From: Candidatus Paraprochloron terpiosi LD05
GTDB taxonomy: Bacteria > Cyanobacteriota > Cyanobacteriia > Cyanobacteriales > Prochloraceae
NCBI GenBank assembly: GCA_018141785.1
Contig: CP073341.1
Location: forward strand, 1,657,422 to 1,721,421
Length of the DNA: 64,000 nt
Direction: 5' to 3'
This document shows, one piece after another, positions 9,503 to 19,512 of this stretch. The notes under the pieces are model-generated. The model was not told the DNA's origin and did no database searches. It saw only the letters and a list, made by a program, of their open reading frames with translations. The position numbers were made by a program, and so were the translations under genes. Numbering within the stretch: position 1 is the stretch's first letter; the number at the start of each line of letters is the position of its first letter.

Positions 9503-10171
9503 TCAATAATGTATTTGACGGAGAATGTCACGGAGGCGATCATAATCGTCTTTGAGTAAGATGGACAATTTCTTCCCTGCTTGAATTAACCAATTTCTGT
9601 CAGCATTGCGCAAACGATAAATCTCCCTCATTGTAGCTGCAATTAAAGCTTCTGGGGGCGTTTCATTTGTTTGCAAGAGAATCGGTAAAAAATCCAGCTG
9701 TTCGCTAAAGTGAATCACTTCTGATGGTTCGCAACGGTAAACTCCTTGATGAATTTGGGGGGGATGAGGAGGTAAATATTGATGTACATTACCTAACTTA
9801 TTTAAAGTATAGTTAACTTTATTATTATATTTCTCGAAGCCCACGATTGTGGCGCGAAATTCAGTGACGAGCATGGCAAAAATCTGGGGTTGCTGTTCTC
9901 GCAAATCCCTTAAGGATAAACCCAAAGCTCTGGCTCGATGGACAGAATCAATAGGAGACGAACTTGCATAACTTACTATTGCATATATTTTGCAATATTC
10001 TTCTTCATCCATAGATTTTACCCAACTACCAAAAGTAGGCATTGTGGGGAAGCTCAAGGAATCCGGTTCTAAACATTGGGCCAAAAAGGTGGTTGTCGCC
10101 GTTTCTATTACCTCGGCGATATGGTCGGGGTGGCGATTTTCGTCTGTAAACTGGGGTAAAGGAAGGCGCAT
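9503..10171 (-). CDS. Conserved hypothetical protein
   Basis: Clean 222-aa ORF with coding-like composition. No family recognised. Confidence 0.5.
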   Translation of the reverse strand: MRLPLPQFTDENRHPDHIAEVIETATTTFLAQCLEPDSLSFPTMPTFGSWVKSMDEEEYCKIYAIVSYASSSPIDSVHRARALGLSLRDLREQQPQIFAMLVTEFRATIVGFEKYNNKVNYTLNKLGNVHQYLPPHPPQIHQGVYRCEPSEVIHFSEQLDFLPILLQTNETPPEALIAATMREIYRLRNADRNWLIQAGKKLSILLKDDYDRLRDILRQIHY

Positions 10172-10437
10172 ATTTTCTTTAAGGAGGTTATATTTGATGG
10201 GTGGATCCCCCCGCCCGAGGCATCATCAATGTCATGTAGGGTGGGCATTGCCCACCAACAGCTGGTAGTAGAAAGATTGGCGGTTTGGGGCACTAAATCT
10301 GTAAAATTCGTCCTGGTTGCTCTCGGTGGACAAGGTTTGGGGATCCATAGGCAGAAAATTAGTAAAGTTTATCTTTGTTTACTCTAGGAGTACTATTACG
10401 GAAGCTTTTGGTAGTCAATATATGATATAATAACTCT

Positions 10438-10686
10438 ATGAGTAGTATAGAAAAGTTACTAAAAGCGATTGCCGCCAATCCCAAAGATGTTCGTTTTTCT
10501 GACCTTGATAAGTTATGCACTCACTATTTTGGAAAACCTCGTAACAAGACCATGTCTATAAAACACCCTGGCTTAGAGACCCCCCGTGTTAACATCCAAA
10601 AAGGTAAAGATGGAAAAACAAAAACTTATCAAGTCAAACAAGTATTAGCGGCAATTTACAAACTGAAAGATAAAAACAATGGCTGA
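10438..10686 (+). CDS. HicA-family toxin-like protein (short form)
   Basis: 82 aa. KLLKAIAANPKDVRFSDLDKLCTHYFG ... KTYQVKQVLAAIYKL matches the layout of the HicA_toxin variant family. It overlaps the downstream HicB-like gene by 8 nt. Confidence 0.5.
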   Translation: MSSIEKLLKAIAANPKDVRFSDLDKLCTHYFGKPRNKTMSIKHPGLETPRVNIQKGKDGKTKTYQVKQVLAAIYKLKDKNNG

Positions 10687-11001
10687 ACAAAAACATTATA
10701 CATATCGAGTAACATGGTCAGAAGAGGACGGGGAATATGTAGCCCTTTGTCCTGAATTCCCCAGTCTTTCTTACCTATCAGACGACCCTACAGATGCACT
10801 AAAAAATATGGTTAATTTGGTGGAGGAAGTTGTTGCTGATATGAAGGCTAATGGTGAGTTTATCCCTATACCGCTTGCAGAAAAAAATATAGCGGCAATT
10901 TTCAAATAAACATACCACCCAATAAATATCCTAACCTTGCTATTAAGGCAACAGAACAGGGCATGAGCCTTAGTCATTATATTAGCAGCAGGTTGTTTTA
11001 G
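10679..11001 (+). pseudogene. HicB-family antitoxin (HicB fold + ribbon-helix-helix) split by a -1 frameshift in an A7 run
   Basis: Frame 1 gives YTYRVTWSEEDGEYVALCPEFPSLSYLSDDPTDALKNMVNLVEEVVADMKANGEFIPIPLAE. From the A-run at 10881-10887, frame 3 gives KKYSGNFQINIPPNKYPNLAIKATEQGMSLSHYISSRLF* (RHH part). An A8 run would restore a single ORF. Confidence 0.6.
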
Positions 11002-11031
11002 GGAAAGATTTAAATCTTTCATAATAGTCAT

Positions 11032-11077
11032 GTAGGGCGGCACTGCTGGGACGGCAGCGTCATCGACAGTGCCCTAC
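11032..11077. terminator. Hairpin between convergent hicB-like and ndhS genes
   Basis: GTAGGGCGGCACTG ... CAGTGCCCTAC inverted repeat with an inner CTGC/GCAG stem. It starts at the ndhS stop codon. There is no clear U-tract. Confidence 0.4.
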
Positions 11078-11262
11078 TATCGTTCTGGTTTGAGTTGTAC
11101 CGCTTCTAGTTCTGAGAGTCTGAAGGTGACGAGTTTGTCCCAGTTACCATCTTCAAATAATACTGCTGCTTTACCGTCGCTCACCCGTTGTACCAGTCCT
11201 TGAAAATGGTAGTAGGTATCCTCTGGATTAGTAACGCAAACTGTTGTTCCTGGTAGAATCAC
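11077..11262 (-). CDS. ndhS: NDH-1 subunit S (NdhS/CRR31-like)
   Basis: 61 aa, [47 protein letters not shown], the SH3-like NdhS signature. Confidence 0.8.
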   Translation of the reverse strand: MILPGTTVCVTNPEDTYYHFQGLVQRVSDGKAAVLFEDGNWDKLVTFRLSELEAVQLKPER

Positions 11263-11302
11263 GATTTTCTCTCTTTAAATCAATGTATCGGACTCAATTA
11301 TA

Positions 11303-12367
11303 CTACATTAAAGCAGCCAGGGAAACTTGAGCAGCTATTTGTTGGGCGATCGCCGTCAAGGCTTTTGCTGAAGCTGATTCCGGAGCTGATATAGTGATAG
11401 GTACCCCTTCATCTCCTCCCTCTCGCAAGGCAATTTCCAGGGGGACACAACCCAATAAAGGCACTTTTAGTTCACGGGATGTTTTTTCTCCACCTCCGGA
11501 ACCAAATAAATCGTAAGAACGGTCAGGTTGGTCTGGGGGGATAAAATAGCTCATATTCTCCACTATCCCCAATACCTTCACAGACATTTGCTGGAACATC
11601 TTCAAACCCCGACGAGAGTCTAAGAGAGAGACATTCTGAGGGGTAGTAACAATTACTGCTCCTGCCATAGATACTGCTTGTCCTAGGGTTAATTGAGCAT
11701 CTCCAGTTCCCGGGGGCATATCCACAATCAGATAGTCTAATTCCCCCCAGTCTACCTGATAGAGAAATTTGCGGATAATACCGTTTAACATGGGACCGCG
11801 CCAAATCACTGGCTGATCTGGGTCGATTAAACAGCCCATGGAGACCATTTTCACCCCATAATTAAAGGTGGTCTCTAAAATTTCTTCCCCTGAATCTCCC
11901 TTTCGTACCATGATTGGGATATCTTCCAATCCCAACATAGTAGGGACATTGGGGCCGTAGATATCTGCATCTAGTAAACCCACTTTAGCGCCTTTTAGGG
12001 CCAGGGCTACAGCGCAATTAACTGCTACCGTGCTTTTCCCTACACCTCCCTTCCCACTGGAAATGGCCAGAATATTTTTGACTCCAGGAATAGACTGTTT
12101 ATTGGGTTGGGGTTGTTGTGAGGGAGTGTCCGCTGTTACTTTTACCTCTACTGCTTTAACTCCCGGTAACTGCTTGACAGCCTTTTCGCAATCTGCCACA
12201 ATTAGTTCCCGTAGAGGACAAGCAGGGGTAGTGAGGACTAAATTAAATTTGACTAAGCCATCCTCGACGGATATATTGCGAATCATGTTCAAGTCCACTA
12301 AACTTTTTTGTAATTCTGGGTCTTGTACTGGTCGCAAAACTTCTAAAATGGATGATTGATCGAGCAT
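11303..12367 (-). CDS. Mrp/ApbC/NBP35-family Fe-S cluster carrier ATPase
   Basis: N-terminal DUF59-like domain, deviant Walker A SGKGGVGKST and a CPxC-like region. Confidence 0.9.
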   Translation of the reverse strand: MLDQSSILEVLRPVQDPELQKSLVDLNMIRNISVEDGLVKFNLVLTTPACPLRELIVADCEKAVKQLPGVKAVEVKVTADTPSQQPQPNKQSIPGVKNILAISSGKGGVGKSTVAVNCAVALALKGAKVGLLDADIYGPNVPTMLGLEDIPIMVRKGDSGEEILETTFNYGVKMVSMGCLIDPDQPVIWRGPMLNGIIRKFLYQVDWGELDYLIVDMPPGTGDAQLTLGQAVSMAGAVIVTTPQNVSLLDSRRGLKMFQQMSVKVLGIVENMSYFIPPDQPDRSYDLFGSGGGEKTSRELKVPLLGCVPLEIALREGGDEGVPITISAPESASAKALTAIAQQIAAQVSLAALM

Positions 12368-12452
12368 AATGGCGATTGCTTGTTTCTCCCCAGTTTATCA
12401 GGATATAATTCAAATAGCATAAAAGATAATTTTTGTCAACTAATTTACTCCT

Positions 12453-13466
12453 ATGACAGTTACTCAGACAGATAACGTACCCCCAGCTGACTCCAGAGAA
12501 AGGGTCAAGCAATTCATGCAGGACCTGCAAGATGAAATCTGTAACGGTCTAGAAAAGTTGGACGGCAAGGAAACATTTCGGGAAGATAGTTGGTCCAGAC
12601 CGGAAGGTGGAGGAGGACGTTCTCGGGTACTCCAAGAGGGAAATGTTTTAGAACAAGGAGGGGTTAATTTTTCTGAGGTTTGGGGTGAAAAACTTCCTCC
12701 CTCTATCTTACAGCAACGCCCGGAAGCTGCGGGTCATGGTTTCTATGCCACGGGAACCTCTATGGTACTTCATCCTCGCAACCCTTTTGTTCCCACAGTT
12801 CACCTCAATTATCGCTATTTCGAGGCAGGTCCGGTTTGGTGGTTTGGGGGAGGAATAGATTTAACTCCTTACTACCCTTTTGCAGAAGATGCAGTTAATT
12901 TTCACCGCACTCTGAAACAAACTTGTGATAGTCATCACGAAGAATATTATCCGGTATTTAAAAGGTGGTGTGATGAGTATTTTTATTTAAAACATCGAGG
13001 AGAAATGCGAGGAGTAGGGGGACTTTTCCTGGACTATCAAGACGGTAGGGGTGCTTTATATCGCGGTCCCCATCAGGAAGGACCAGCAGCAATTTATAGT
13101 GATAAAATAGGGGAGATACCACCTCGCAGTTGGGAGGATTTATTTGCTTTTATAAAAGATTGCGGTCAAACATTTTTACCCGCTTATTTACCTATAGCAG
13201 AAAAACGGCACCCAACCCAATATGGGGAGCGAGAACGTAATTTTCAGCTCTATCGTCGGGGACGCTACGTTGAATTTAACTTAGTTTATGACCGAGGCAC
13301 TATTTTCGGTCTCCAAACCAACGGACGGACGGAATCCATTTTGATGTCCCTACCTCCTCTGGTTCGTTGGGAGTACGGTTATCAACCGGAACCCAACACC
13401 CCGGAAGCAAAACTCTATGAAACATTCCTCAAACCGCAAGATTGGGTAAATTGGCAACCGTCGTGA
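12453..13466 (+). CDS. hemF: Oxygen-dependent coproporphyrinogen III oxidase
   Basis: 337 aa with [35 protein letters not shown] and [16 protein letters not shown]. Confidence 0.93.
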   Translation: MTVTQTDNVPPADSRERVKQFMQDLQDEICNGLEKLDGKETFREDSWSRPEGGGGRSRVLQEGNVLEQGGVNFSEVWGEKLPPSILQQRPEAAGHGFYATGTSMVLHPRNPFVPTVHLNYRYFEAGPVWWFGGGIDLTPYYPFAEDAVNFHRTLKQTCDSHHEEYYPVFKRWCDEYFYLKHRGEMRGVGGLFLDYQDGRGALYRGPHQEGPAAIYSDKIGEIPPRSWEDLFAFIKDCGQTFLPAYLPIAEKRHPTQYGERERNFQLYRRGRYVEFNLVYDRGTIFGLQTNGRTESILMSLPPLVRWEYGYQPEPNTPEAKLYETFLKPQDWVNWQPS

Positions 13467-13474
13467 TAAGGTAG

Positions 13475-13491
13475 GGTGGGTATTGCCCACC
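13475..13491. repeat. Dispersed palindrome GGTGGG(C/T)ATTGCCCACC
   Basis: 8-bp arms, preceded by GTAGG, 9 nt after the hemF stop. Other copies at 10240-10256 and at 40763-40779, the latter 6 nt after the ctaB stop. Confidence 0.7.
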
Positions 13492-13636
13492 TTCTTCTTC
13501 ACACAGGGTAAGCGCACTATAATAATAATGATTGCCATGTTATTACGAATATGGCTCACTATTGATAATTAAGGATGAAACTTGCAATATTAGAGACTAA
13601 AATAGTCAAGTTAGGGAAAATAAGAGAGGTTTAATT

Positions 13637-14557
13637 ATGACTCAAGCCATCCGACCCGCCACCAAAATAACTAAAGATAAACCTCGGGAAATTGAACGTC
13701 TGTTAACCTTCCAAGAATATCTCGAATATGAAGGAGAACCAGGTGTTCGATATGAATTAGTTAAAGGACAACTAATACCTATGGGAGCATCAACCCACTT
13801 ACACACCAATATTTGCAAGTTTTTGATTTATAAATTCCAGCGCTACTTTGCCTCCCAAAACTTAGATTTAGTGGCTAACGCTTTAGCAACCGGTGTGCGA
13901 ACGGAAGAAAATACATCCAGAATTCCCGATGTGGTAGTTTTTAGCCAAACTATTTGGCAAAAAGTTCGTCATCGTCTTGGAGCAGGGGTTTTGAATTTTG
14001 AAGACAAACCGATTTTGGTAGTGGAAGTTGTCAGCAGCAATCGCAAAGATGATTATGTAATTAAACGGAATGAATACGAAATGGCGCAAATTGCTGAATA
14101 TTGGATAGTAGATCCAAAAAAGAAACTAGTGAGGGTTTTGACTCATCCTAACCATGAAGAAGGATATAGTTCGGTAGATTTTACTGAAGAGATGACAATT
14201 GTTTCCAGTCAGTTTCAGAACCTAGCTTTATCAGTGAAAGAATTGCTGACTCCTCCCATAGTGGAGGAATTAATTAAAGAAGAACAAACCACGCTCAAAA
14301 CCTTGGAACAAAATGCTCAAAAGGAGCACCAACGAGCTGAAACCGAACGCCAACGGGCTGCAACCTCCCAACAACTTGCAGAAAAGGAGCGCCAACGAGC
14401 TGAAACTGAACGCCAACGGGCTGAAAAGGAAAGTCAACGGGCTGAAACCGAACGCCAACGAGCTGAAAAGGAAAGCCAACGAGCTGAAACCGAACGCCAA
14501 CGAGCTGAAAAATTAGCCTTGCGTTTGCTAGAAATGGGTATTAACCCAGACGAATAG
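13637..14557 (+). CDS. Uma2-family (DUF820) putative endonuclease with C-terminal ERQRAE repeat tail
   Basis: Core has YELVKGQLIPM ... PDVVVF ... LVVEVVSSN ... KRNEYEMAQIAEYWIVDP. The C-terminus carries 7-aa ERQRAET/ESQRAEK repeats. Confidence 0.8.
   Translation: MTQAIRPATKITKDKPREIERLLTFQEYLEYEGEPGVRYELVKGQLIPMGASTHLHTNICKFLIYKFQRYFASQNLDLVANALATGVRTEENTSRIPDVVVFSQTIWQKVRHRLGAGVLNFEDKPILVVEVVSSNRKDDYVIKRNEYEMAQIAEYWIVDPKKKLVRVLTHPNHEEGYSSVDFTEEMTIVSSQFQNLALSVKELLTPPIVEELIKEEQTTLKTLEQNAQKEHQRAETERQRAATSQQLAEKERQRAETERQRAEKESQRAETERQRAEKESQRAETERQRAEKLALRLLEMGINPDE
14330..14510 (+). repeat. In-frame 21/42-bp tandem repeat inside the Uma2 gene
   Basis: GAACGCCAACG(A/G)GCTGAAA(A/C)(G/C) alternates with GAAAG(T/C)CAACG(A/G)GCTGAAACC for about 8 units. 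Confidence 0.8.
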
Positions 14558-14661
14558 GACAAATTAACATTTCTGGTTCGCGCAAAAGTAGGAGCGCGGT
14601 TTTCCCGTCCTCATCTGTGGTATATTAAAATCATCAATAACAGTAAATTATAATAATTCTT

Positions 14662-15369
14662 GTGAATAACGTTCCCACAGTATCAGATACCAAGCGTAAT
14701 TTCTACGCCCGTCACACCCGCCCGATTAATTCTGTATATAGACGAGTAGTAGAAGAGTTGTTGGTGGAAATGCACTTGCTCTCTGTTAATGTGGACTTTC
14801 GCACTGACCCAATTTATTATTTGGGTGTAGTAACTTCTTTCGACCGTTTTATGGAGGGCTATTCACCGGAACGGGATAAGGAGTCTATTTTTGCAGCTCT
14901 TTGCGGGTCCGTAGGGGGGGATGCTGGGGAGTATAGAAAGGTTGCAGAAGAACTGACAACTTTCGCGAAGAGCAAGGGCAAAGAATTAATTCCTATGCTC
15001 TGTACTCCTACTCCTGGGACGGGGGGCGAAAGTCTATTAGTTTCTTTGGAGGCTATAGCCAAAAATACTCGGTTTAAATATACTCGTCTGTTTGCTATTG
15101 GCCTATATACTCTCCTGGAAGAAGCAGATCCTGAGTTGGTGCAAGAGGAAGAAGGGTGGAATAACGCTCTCAAGCAGCTCTCAGAAGCTTTGCACTTACC
15201 CTTGGAGAAGTTACAAAAAGATTTGGAACTCTATGGGAGTAATTTGAAAAAAATGAAGCAAGTGCTCCAAGTTATAGAAGATACTCTCCAAGCAGATAAG
15301 AAAAAACAACAAGAGCGAGCTTTAGAAAAGAAATCTCCAGTGGAAAAACCAGCAATGGAAACAGAGTAG
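14662..15369 (+). CDS. thf1: Thylakoid formation protein Thf1/Psb29
   Basis: VSDTKRNFYARHTRPINSVYRRVVEELLVEMHLL, typical Thf1 N-terminus. GTG start. Confidence 0.85.
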   Translation: MNNVPTVSDTKRNFYARHTRPINSVYRRVVEELLVEMHLLSVNVDFRTDPIYYLGVVTSFDRFMEGYSPERDKESIFAALCGSVGGDAGEYRKVAEELTTFAKSKGKELIPMLCTPTPGTGGESLLVSLEAIAKNTRFKYTRLFAIGLYTLLEEADPELVQEEEGWNNALKQLSEALHLPLEKLQKDLELYGSNLKKMKQVLQVIEDTLQADKKKQQERALEKKSPVEKPAMETE

Positions 15370-15600
15370 GGGAGAAAACTGTCGCCCGCGAATGAATTGC
15401 GGGCTACCTTATAAAACCTCTTCAGAACCCTATTGATGGGTGGTTTTGGCTTCCTTCAACTGTCTCTCAATGCGGTATTTTCCTTGTAACTCATACCCTC
15501 TTGGATACATTATATACCCATGATCTCATCTACTTTGATAATAACGTCCATCTCATGATTTGTCAAGCCTTGTTACAAAACTTAATAATTATTTTTTATT

Positions 15601-15705
15601 GAACCGCAGAGACGCAGAGGACACAGAGAAGAGAAGAAAAGAGAAGAGAAGAGAGGGCAAGAGGAGAAGTTTCCAAAAACCTTTGCGCCTTTGCGCCTTT
15701 GCGCG
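15601..15705. repeat. Low-complexity dispersed repeat module (CGCAGAG / purine run / CCTTTGCG x3)
   Basis: AACCGCAGAGACGCAGAGGACACAGAGAAGAG...CCTTTGCGCCTTTGCGCCTTTGCGCG. Related modules occur at about 26931-27035, 29440-29515, 30697-30725, 33833-33905, 34554-34585, 56511-56550 and 63050-63115. Confidence 0.7.
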
Positions 15706-15707
15706 AT

Positions 15708-17117
15708 TTATCCTAATAAAGCTTCCACAAACTCATAACTAGAAAAAGGACGTAAATCATCGATTCCTTCCCCAGCCCCCACAAAGCGGATAGGCAAATT
15801 TAATTGTTGAGCAACCGCAAGAGCAACTCCACCTTTGGCAGTACTATCCAGCTTAGTTAAAACCACACCGCTCAGTTTAGCAGCTTCGGAGAATACCTGT
15901 GCTTGACGCAAGCTATTTTGACCCAGAGTAGCATCTAATACTAAGAGAGATTCTACCTGAGCATAGGGAGCTTTTTTATCAATTATCCTCCTCATTTTAG
16001 CTAACTCCGCCATGAGATTTTTTTTGTTTTGCAAACGTCCTGCTGTATCTACCAACAATAATTCCACATTCCGAGCCATAGCAGCAGTAATACCATCAAA
16101 AACCACCGCTGCTGGATCCGTATTTTGCCCTGGGTTAGCAATTACATCTGTGTTGCTGCGATCACCCCAAATTTTCACCTGTTCCACAGCAGCAGCCCGG
16201 AAAGTATCAGCAGCAGCAATCAGACAGCTATAACCAGATTCCTGGGCGAGGTGGGCAATTTTGCCTATGGTAGTAGTTTTACCCGCACCATTAACTCCCG
16301 TCAGCAACCAGATATTGAGTTTATCTTTGAGAGGTAAAAATTCCTCATTTGCCAACTTTTCAAGAGGTTTATCCAGTAATTCCCTGAGAATAGCTTTCAG
16401 ATAAGCGATCGCCTCCTCAGGAGGTAATTTTTCCTCTCGTAATTTATTCTCCAAAGCATTAATAATATAATCCGTTGCCTTGATGCCTACATCAGCCTGC
16501 AAGAGCAGGGCTTCGATTTCCATCACTGCATCTTCATTTAGGGGTCCTTGACCAACAATCCCTCTGAGATTATTGATTAAGGAGCGACGAGTTTTTCCCA
16601 GTCCTTCCCGCAGTCGCTTCAGCCAGTTAATTTCTGCAATAGAAACTTCATCGGGTGATCGCCCTTCAAGAGCGAGTACTTTAGCTCCCCAAACAAAATC
16701 TTCATCAAAAGCAATCTCACTCTCTTGCGCCTCTGGGGTTTCGATAGCAGTTTCTTTCAGACGTTCCAACCCCTCTGACTTCTTCATCCAAGCAGGAATC
16801 GCTCTCCTAGTCTCTTCACTAGTCTCCTCAGTGACTCCTTCTTCTACTGCTGTTTCTGTCTCTTGAGTAGTAGTTCCCGTTTCTGGAGTTGCGTCTGTCT
16901 CTGGAGTTGCTTCTACCTCTGGTGTAGTAACTGCTGCTGTTTTTTGCTTTTGAATATTTTGATAAGCCGCTTTAGCCCAGTTAAGATAGTCTTCCTGAGT
17001 AGAAGGAGCAGATTGTGAAGCTACTTCTTCTTCTTTCGGTTTACTCTCCTGCTCAACGGTTGTTGATTTTTGCTTTTCTGCTGTATCCTTAGACTTGCGG
17101 CGGAACCAATTAAACAT
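15708..17117 (-). CDS. ftsY: Signal recognition particle receptor FtsY
   Basis: Acidic repetitive N-terminus followed by an NG domain with GVNGAGKTTTIGK, DTAGR and TKLD. Confidence 0.93.
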   Translation of the reverse strand: MFNWFRRKSKDTAEKQKSTTVEQESKPKEEEVASQSAPSTQEDYLNWAKAAYQNIQKQKTAAVTTPEVEATPETDATPETGTTTQETETAVEEGVTEETSEETRRAIPAWMKKSEGLERLKETAIETPEAQESEIAFDEDFVWGAKVLALEGRSPDEVSIAEINWLKRLREGLGKTRRSLINNLRGIVGQGPLNEDAVMEIEALLLQADVGIKATDYIINALENKLREEKLPPEEAIAYLKAILRELLDKPLEKLANEEFLPLKDKLNIWLLTGVNGAGKTTTIGKIAHLAQESGYSCLIAAADTFRAAAVEQVKIWGDRSNTDVIANPGQNTDPAAVVFDGITAAMARNVELLLVDTAGRLQNKKNLMAELAKMRRIIDKKAPYAQVESLLVLDATLGQNSLRQAQVFSEAAKLSGVVLTKLDSTAKGGVALAVAQQLNLPIRFVGAGEGIDDLRPFSSYEFVEALLG

Positions 17118-17148
17118 ATGCTACAATTTATAAATTGATTTGGTGAAA

Positions 17149-17778
17149 CTATTTCAAAGCTTTCATTCGGTCAGTCACTCGCCGCAATACTCCGTTAATA
17201 AATTTATATCCATCCTCGTCTGAGTATCGTTTTGCCAATTCCACAGCTTCATTAATTGCTACTTGCTCTTCCAGATCGAGAAACAAAATTTCTGCCACCG
17301 CGATACGGAGAATATCCCTGTCAATGCGAGGTAACCGTTCTAATTGCCAATCCACAAGGGATTCTGACAGCAGCTCGGTAATTTCTTTGTTTTTGCGGCG
17401 GACAGTGCTAATTAAATCCAGAGCATATTCTCTGACATCTATATGATTAGAAAGCTGAATAAATTCTGGCAATTCTACTGCTGTCCCGAGACGTTCGATG
17501 GCCGTTCGAGTTAATTGGAGAGCATCAGCTACCATTGCTTTCGCACTCTGGACATTGGTAGCGCCTTGAGATATATTAGAGAGGCGCTCCCTCCCTCTTT
17601 GAACTTCTGCTCCAGCAGTTTCTAGAGTATCTTGAATTTCAGACGTGAGAGTCCGAATTGATGCTAACACTAAATCTTGTAAATCATTTTGTTCGATTTT
17701 TTCCTCTTTTCCCTTGATTATACTCAGAGCTAAGAGGGCTAATTCACGAGCAATGCGGCGTGGTTTTTGGCGTTGCAT
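17149..17778 (-). CDS. nusB: Transcription antitermination factor NusB
   Basis: ARELALLAL ... [12 protein letters not shown] ... [27 protein letters not shown]. Confidence 0.9.
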   Translation of the reverse strand: MQRQKPRRIARELALLALSIIKGKEEKIEQNDLQDLVLASIRTLTSEIQDTLETAGAEVQRGRERLSNISQGATNVQSAKAMVADALQLTRTAIERLGTAVELPEFIQLSNHIDVREYALDLISTVRRKNKEITELLSESLVDWQLERLPRIDRDILRIAVAEILFLDLEEQVAINEAVELAKRYSDEDGYKFINGVLRRVTDRMKALK

Positions 17779-17804
17779 AAAAGTCTCAAGTTGGCGATTT
17801 TAGT

Positions 17805-18554
17805 TTAGTGGGAGGGACTTTCTTCTAAATCAGGTAATACTTGTCGTTTTTCTAACTCTATAGGCTGAAGTGGTACTTTTTTATAAGGTAAGTCCAGATC
17901 AATCGGCACATTCTCATGGTCATTTTTACTGGGACTGACTATACCCCCAGAGATGAGAACTTTAAAAGCGTCTTCAATAGAGATTGACACATTGATTACC
18001 TCATCCTCTGGCACCATAGCATACCAGCCAGAGGTGGGATTAGGAGTGGTGGGAATGAAAATACTCAGCATTGGTTTAGATAAATGGCACTGGAAGTTGC
18101 TGCTGAGAGTTCCCGTCACAAACCCCAAAGTCCAAACACCCTGCCGAGGATATTCTACCATCACCACTCTGCGAAACTTGCTCTTAGAATCTTTCAATAG
18201 GGTTTCTAATATCTGTTTGAGAGTTTTATATACGGAACCTGCCAAAGGAATTGCTTGCAAAAACTTCTCGCCAAAATCTAATAGCCAGCGCCCGACAATA
18301 TTCCGTGCCATTAAGCCAATGAGCAAAATGAAGGTCAACGGTACCGCTAAACCCACCACAAAATTGAGTAGATTTGTCAGGAGCGGGTGAAGACCATCAA
18401 ATGGGTTGAGCTGTTGGGGAATCCGAGTGAGAAACTCGATCGCCCACTTGGCAATGTTAATGGTCAACCAAATGGTAGTAGCTAGGGGTATTACTACCAG
18501 AAGGCCGGCGATCAGGTCATTTTTTAAATCTTGTTTTAAACTTTGGAGCACCAA
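17805..18554 (-). CDS. DUF502-family membrane protein
   Basis: Two N-terminal TM segments, then YKTLKQILETL ... FRRVVMVEYPRQGVWTLGFVT ... IPTTPNPTSG. Confidence 0.75.
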   Translation of the reverse strand: MVLQSLKQDLKNDLIAGLLVVIPLATTIWLTINIAKWAIEFLTRIPQQLNPFDGLHPLLTNLLNFVVGLAVPLTFILLIGLMARNIVGRWLLDFGEKFLQAIPLAGSVYKTLKQILETLLKDSKSKFRRVVMVEYPRQGVWTLGFVTGTLSSNFQCHLSKPMLSIFIPTTPNPTSGWYAMVPEDEVINVSISIEDAFKVLISGGIVSPSKNDHENVPIDLDLPYKKVPLQPIELEKRQVLPDLEESPSH

Positions 18555-18717
18555 TGGGACTCTCCTTACGACTGAATGATAAATCGACCCTGCTGTTGGT
18601 CAAAGTTCAACAGCAGGCTCTGTCTGAAGCATCAATACCCTTAGAAGGGAGTGCCTGTATCATATTATACCATACCAGCGCGCCCCGCGCGCGGGGTTTC
18701 CCAGATCGGAGTTATTC

Positions 18718-19428
18718 ATGAAAAAATTTGTGGAAGTATTCCCAGATAAGCAAGCCCTCCTAGCACGCGCCCTTGTTATTGTCACCTCCCAAATCCAAGC
18801 AGCAATCCAAGAGAAGGAGAAATGCACCATCGCTCTAGCCGGTGGCAGTACTCCCAAACCCCTCTACGAGAGCATTGCCACTCAGAACTTACCAACAGAC
18901 AAAATCCACCTGTTCTGGAGTGATGAGCGTTACGTTCCCCCAGAACATCCCGACAGCAATCAAAGGATGGTTCGCAAGGCTTGGCTGGATAGGGTTGATT
19001 TCCCCCAAGGTAATCTCCATGCCATGCCTACAGGGGCTGGAAATCCAACGGTAGACGCCCAAACCTACGAAAAGGAACTGTTGGCATTTTTTCAAATTCC
19101 CGCCGGAGAATTTCCCATTTTCGATCTTATTTTATTAGGAATGGGAGATGATGGACACACAGCCTCCCTCTTTCCTCACACTGAAGCACTTTCAGTCAAG
19201 GATCGCCTAGTGACTGTGGGCAACAAAGACGGGCAACCCCGTCTCACTTTCACCGCTTCTCTCATTAACCACGCCAGCTGTGTGCTATTTCTTGTTGCTG
19301 GTGCTAATAAGCGTCTTGCTTTAGAACAAGTTTTCGCATCATCCGCCGATCCCATGACCTACCCCAGCCGCTTAATTATGCCCCAAGGGGAACTTTGGTG
19401 GTTATTAGATCAAGCGGCTTCCATGTAA
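18718..19428 (+). CDS. pgl: 6-phosphogluconolactonase
   Basis: IALAGGSTPKPLY, FWSDERYVP, LLGMGDDGHTASLFP. Confidence 0.9.
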   Translation: MKKFVEVFPDKQALLARALVIVTSQIQAAIQEKEKCTIALAGGSTPKPLYESIATQNLPTDKIHLFWSDERYVPPEHPDSNQRMVRKAWLDRVDFPQGNLHAMPTGAGNPTVDAQTYEKELLAFFQIPAGEFPIFDLILLGMGDDGHTASLFPHTEALSVKDRLVTVGNKDGQPRLTFTASLINHASCVLFLVAGANKRLALEQVFASSADPMTYPSRLIMPQGELWWLLDQAASM

Positions 19429-19512
19429 TGAGGATTTATGCTCCGGCCCATGAATCTTTAGCTGAAATCATTACCCCTGAGACTCCCTCATAGCAGAAAC
19501 GAAGAACAAAAA

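Noticed and set aside
18683-18696. Perfect GC palindrome CCCCGCGCGCGGGG 22 nt upstream of the pgl start
   Set aside because: It is a real palindrome, but it is short and isolated, has no U-tract, and I could not see complementarity to the RBS. That is too little evidence for a regulatory call.
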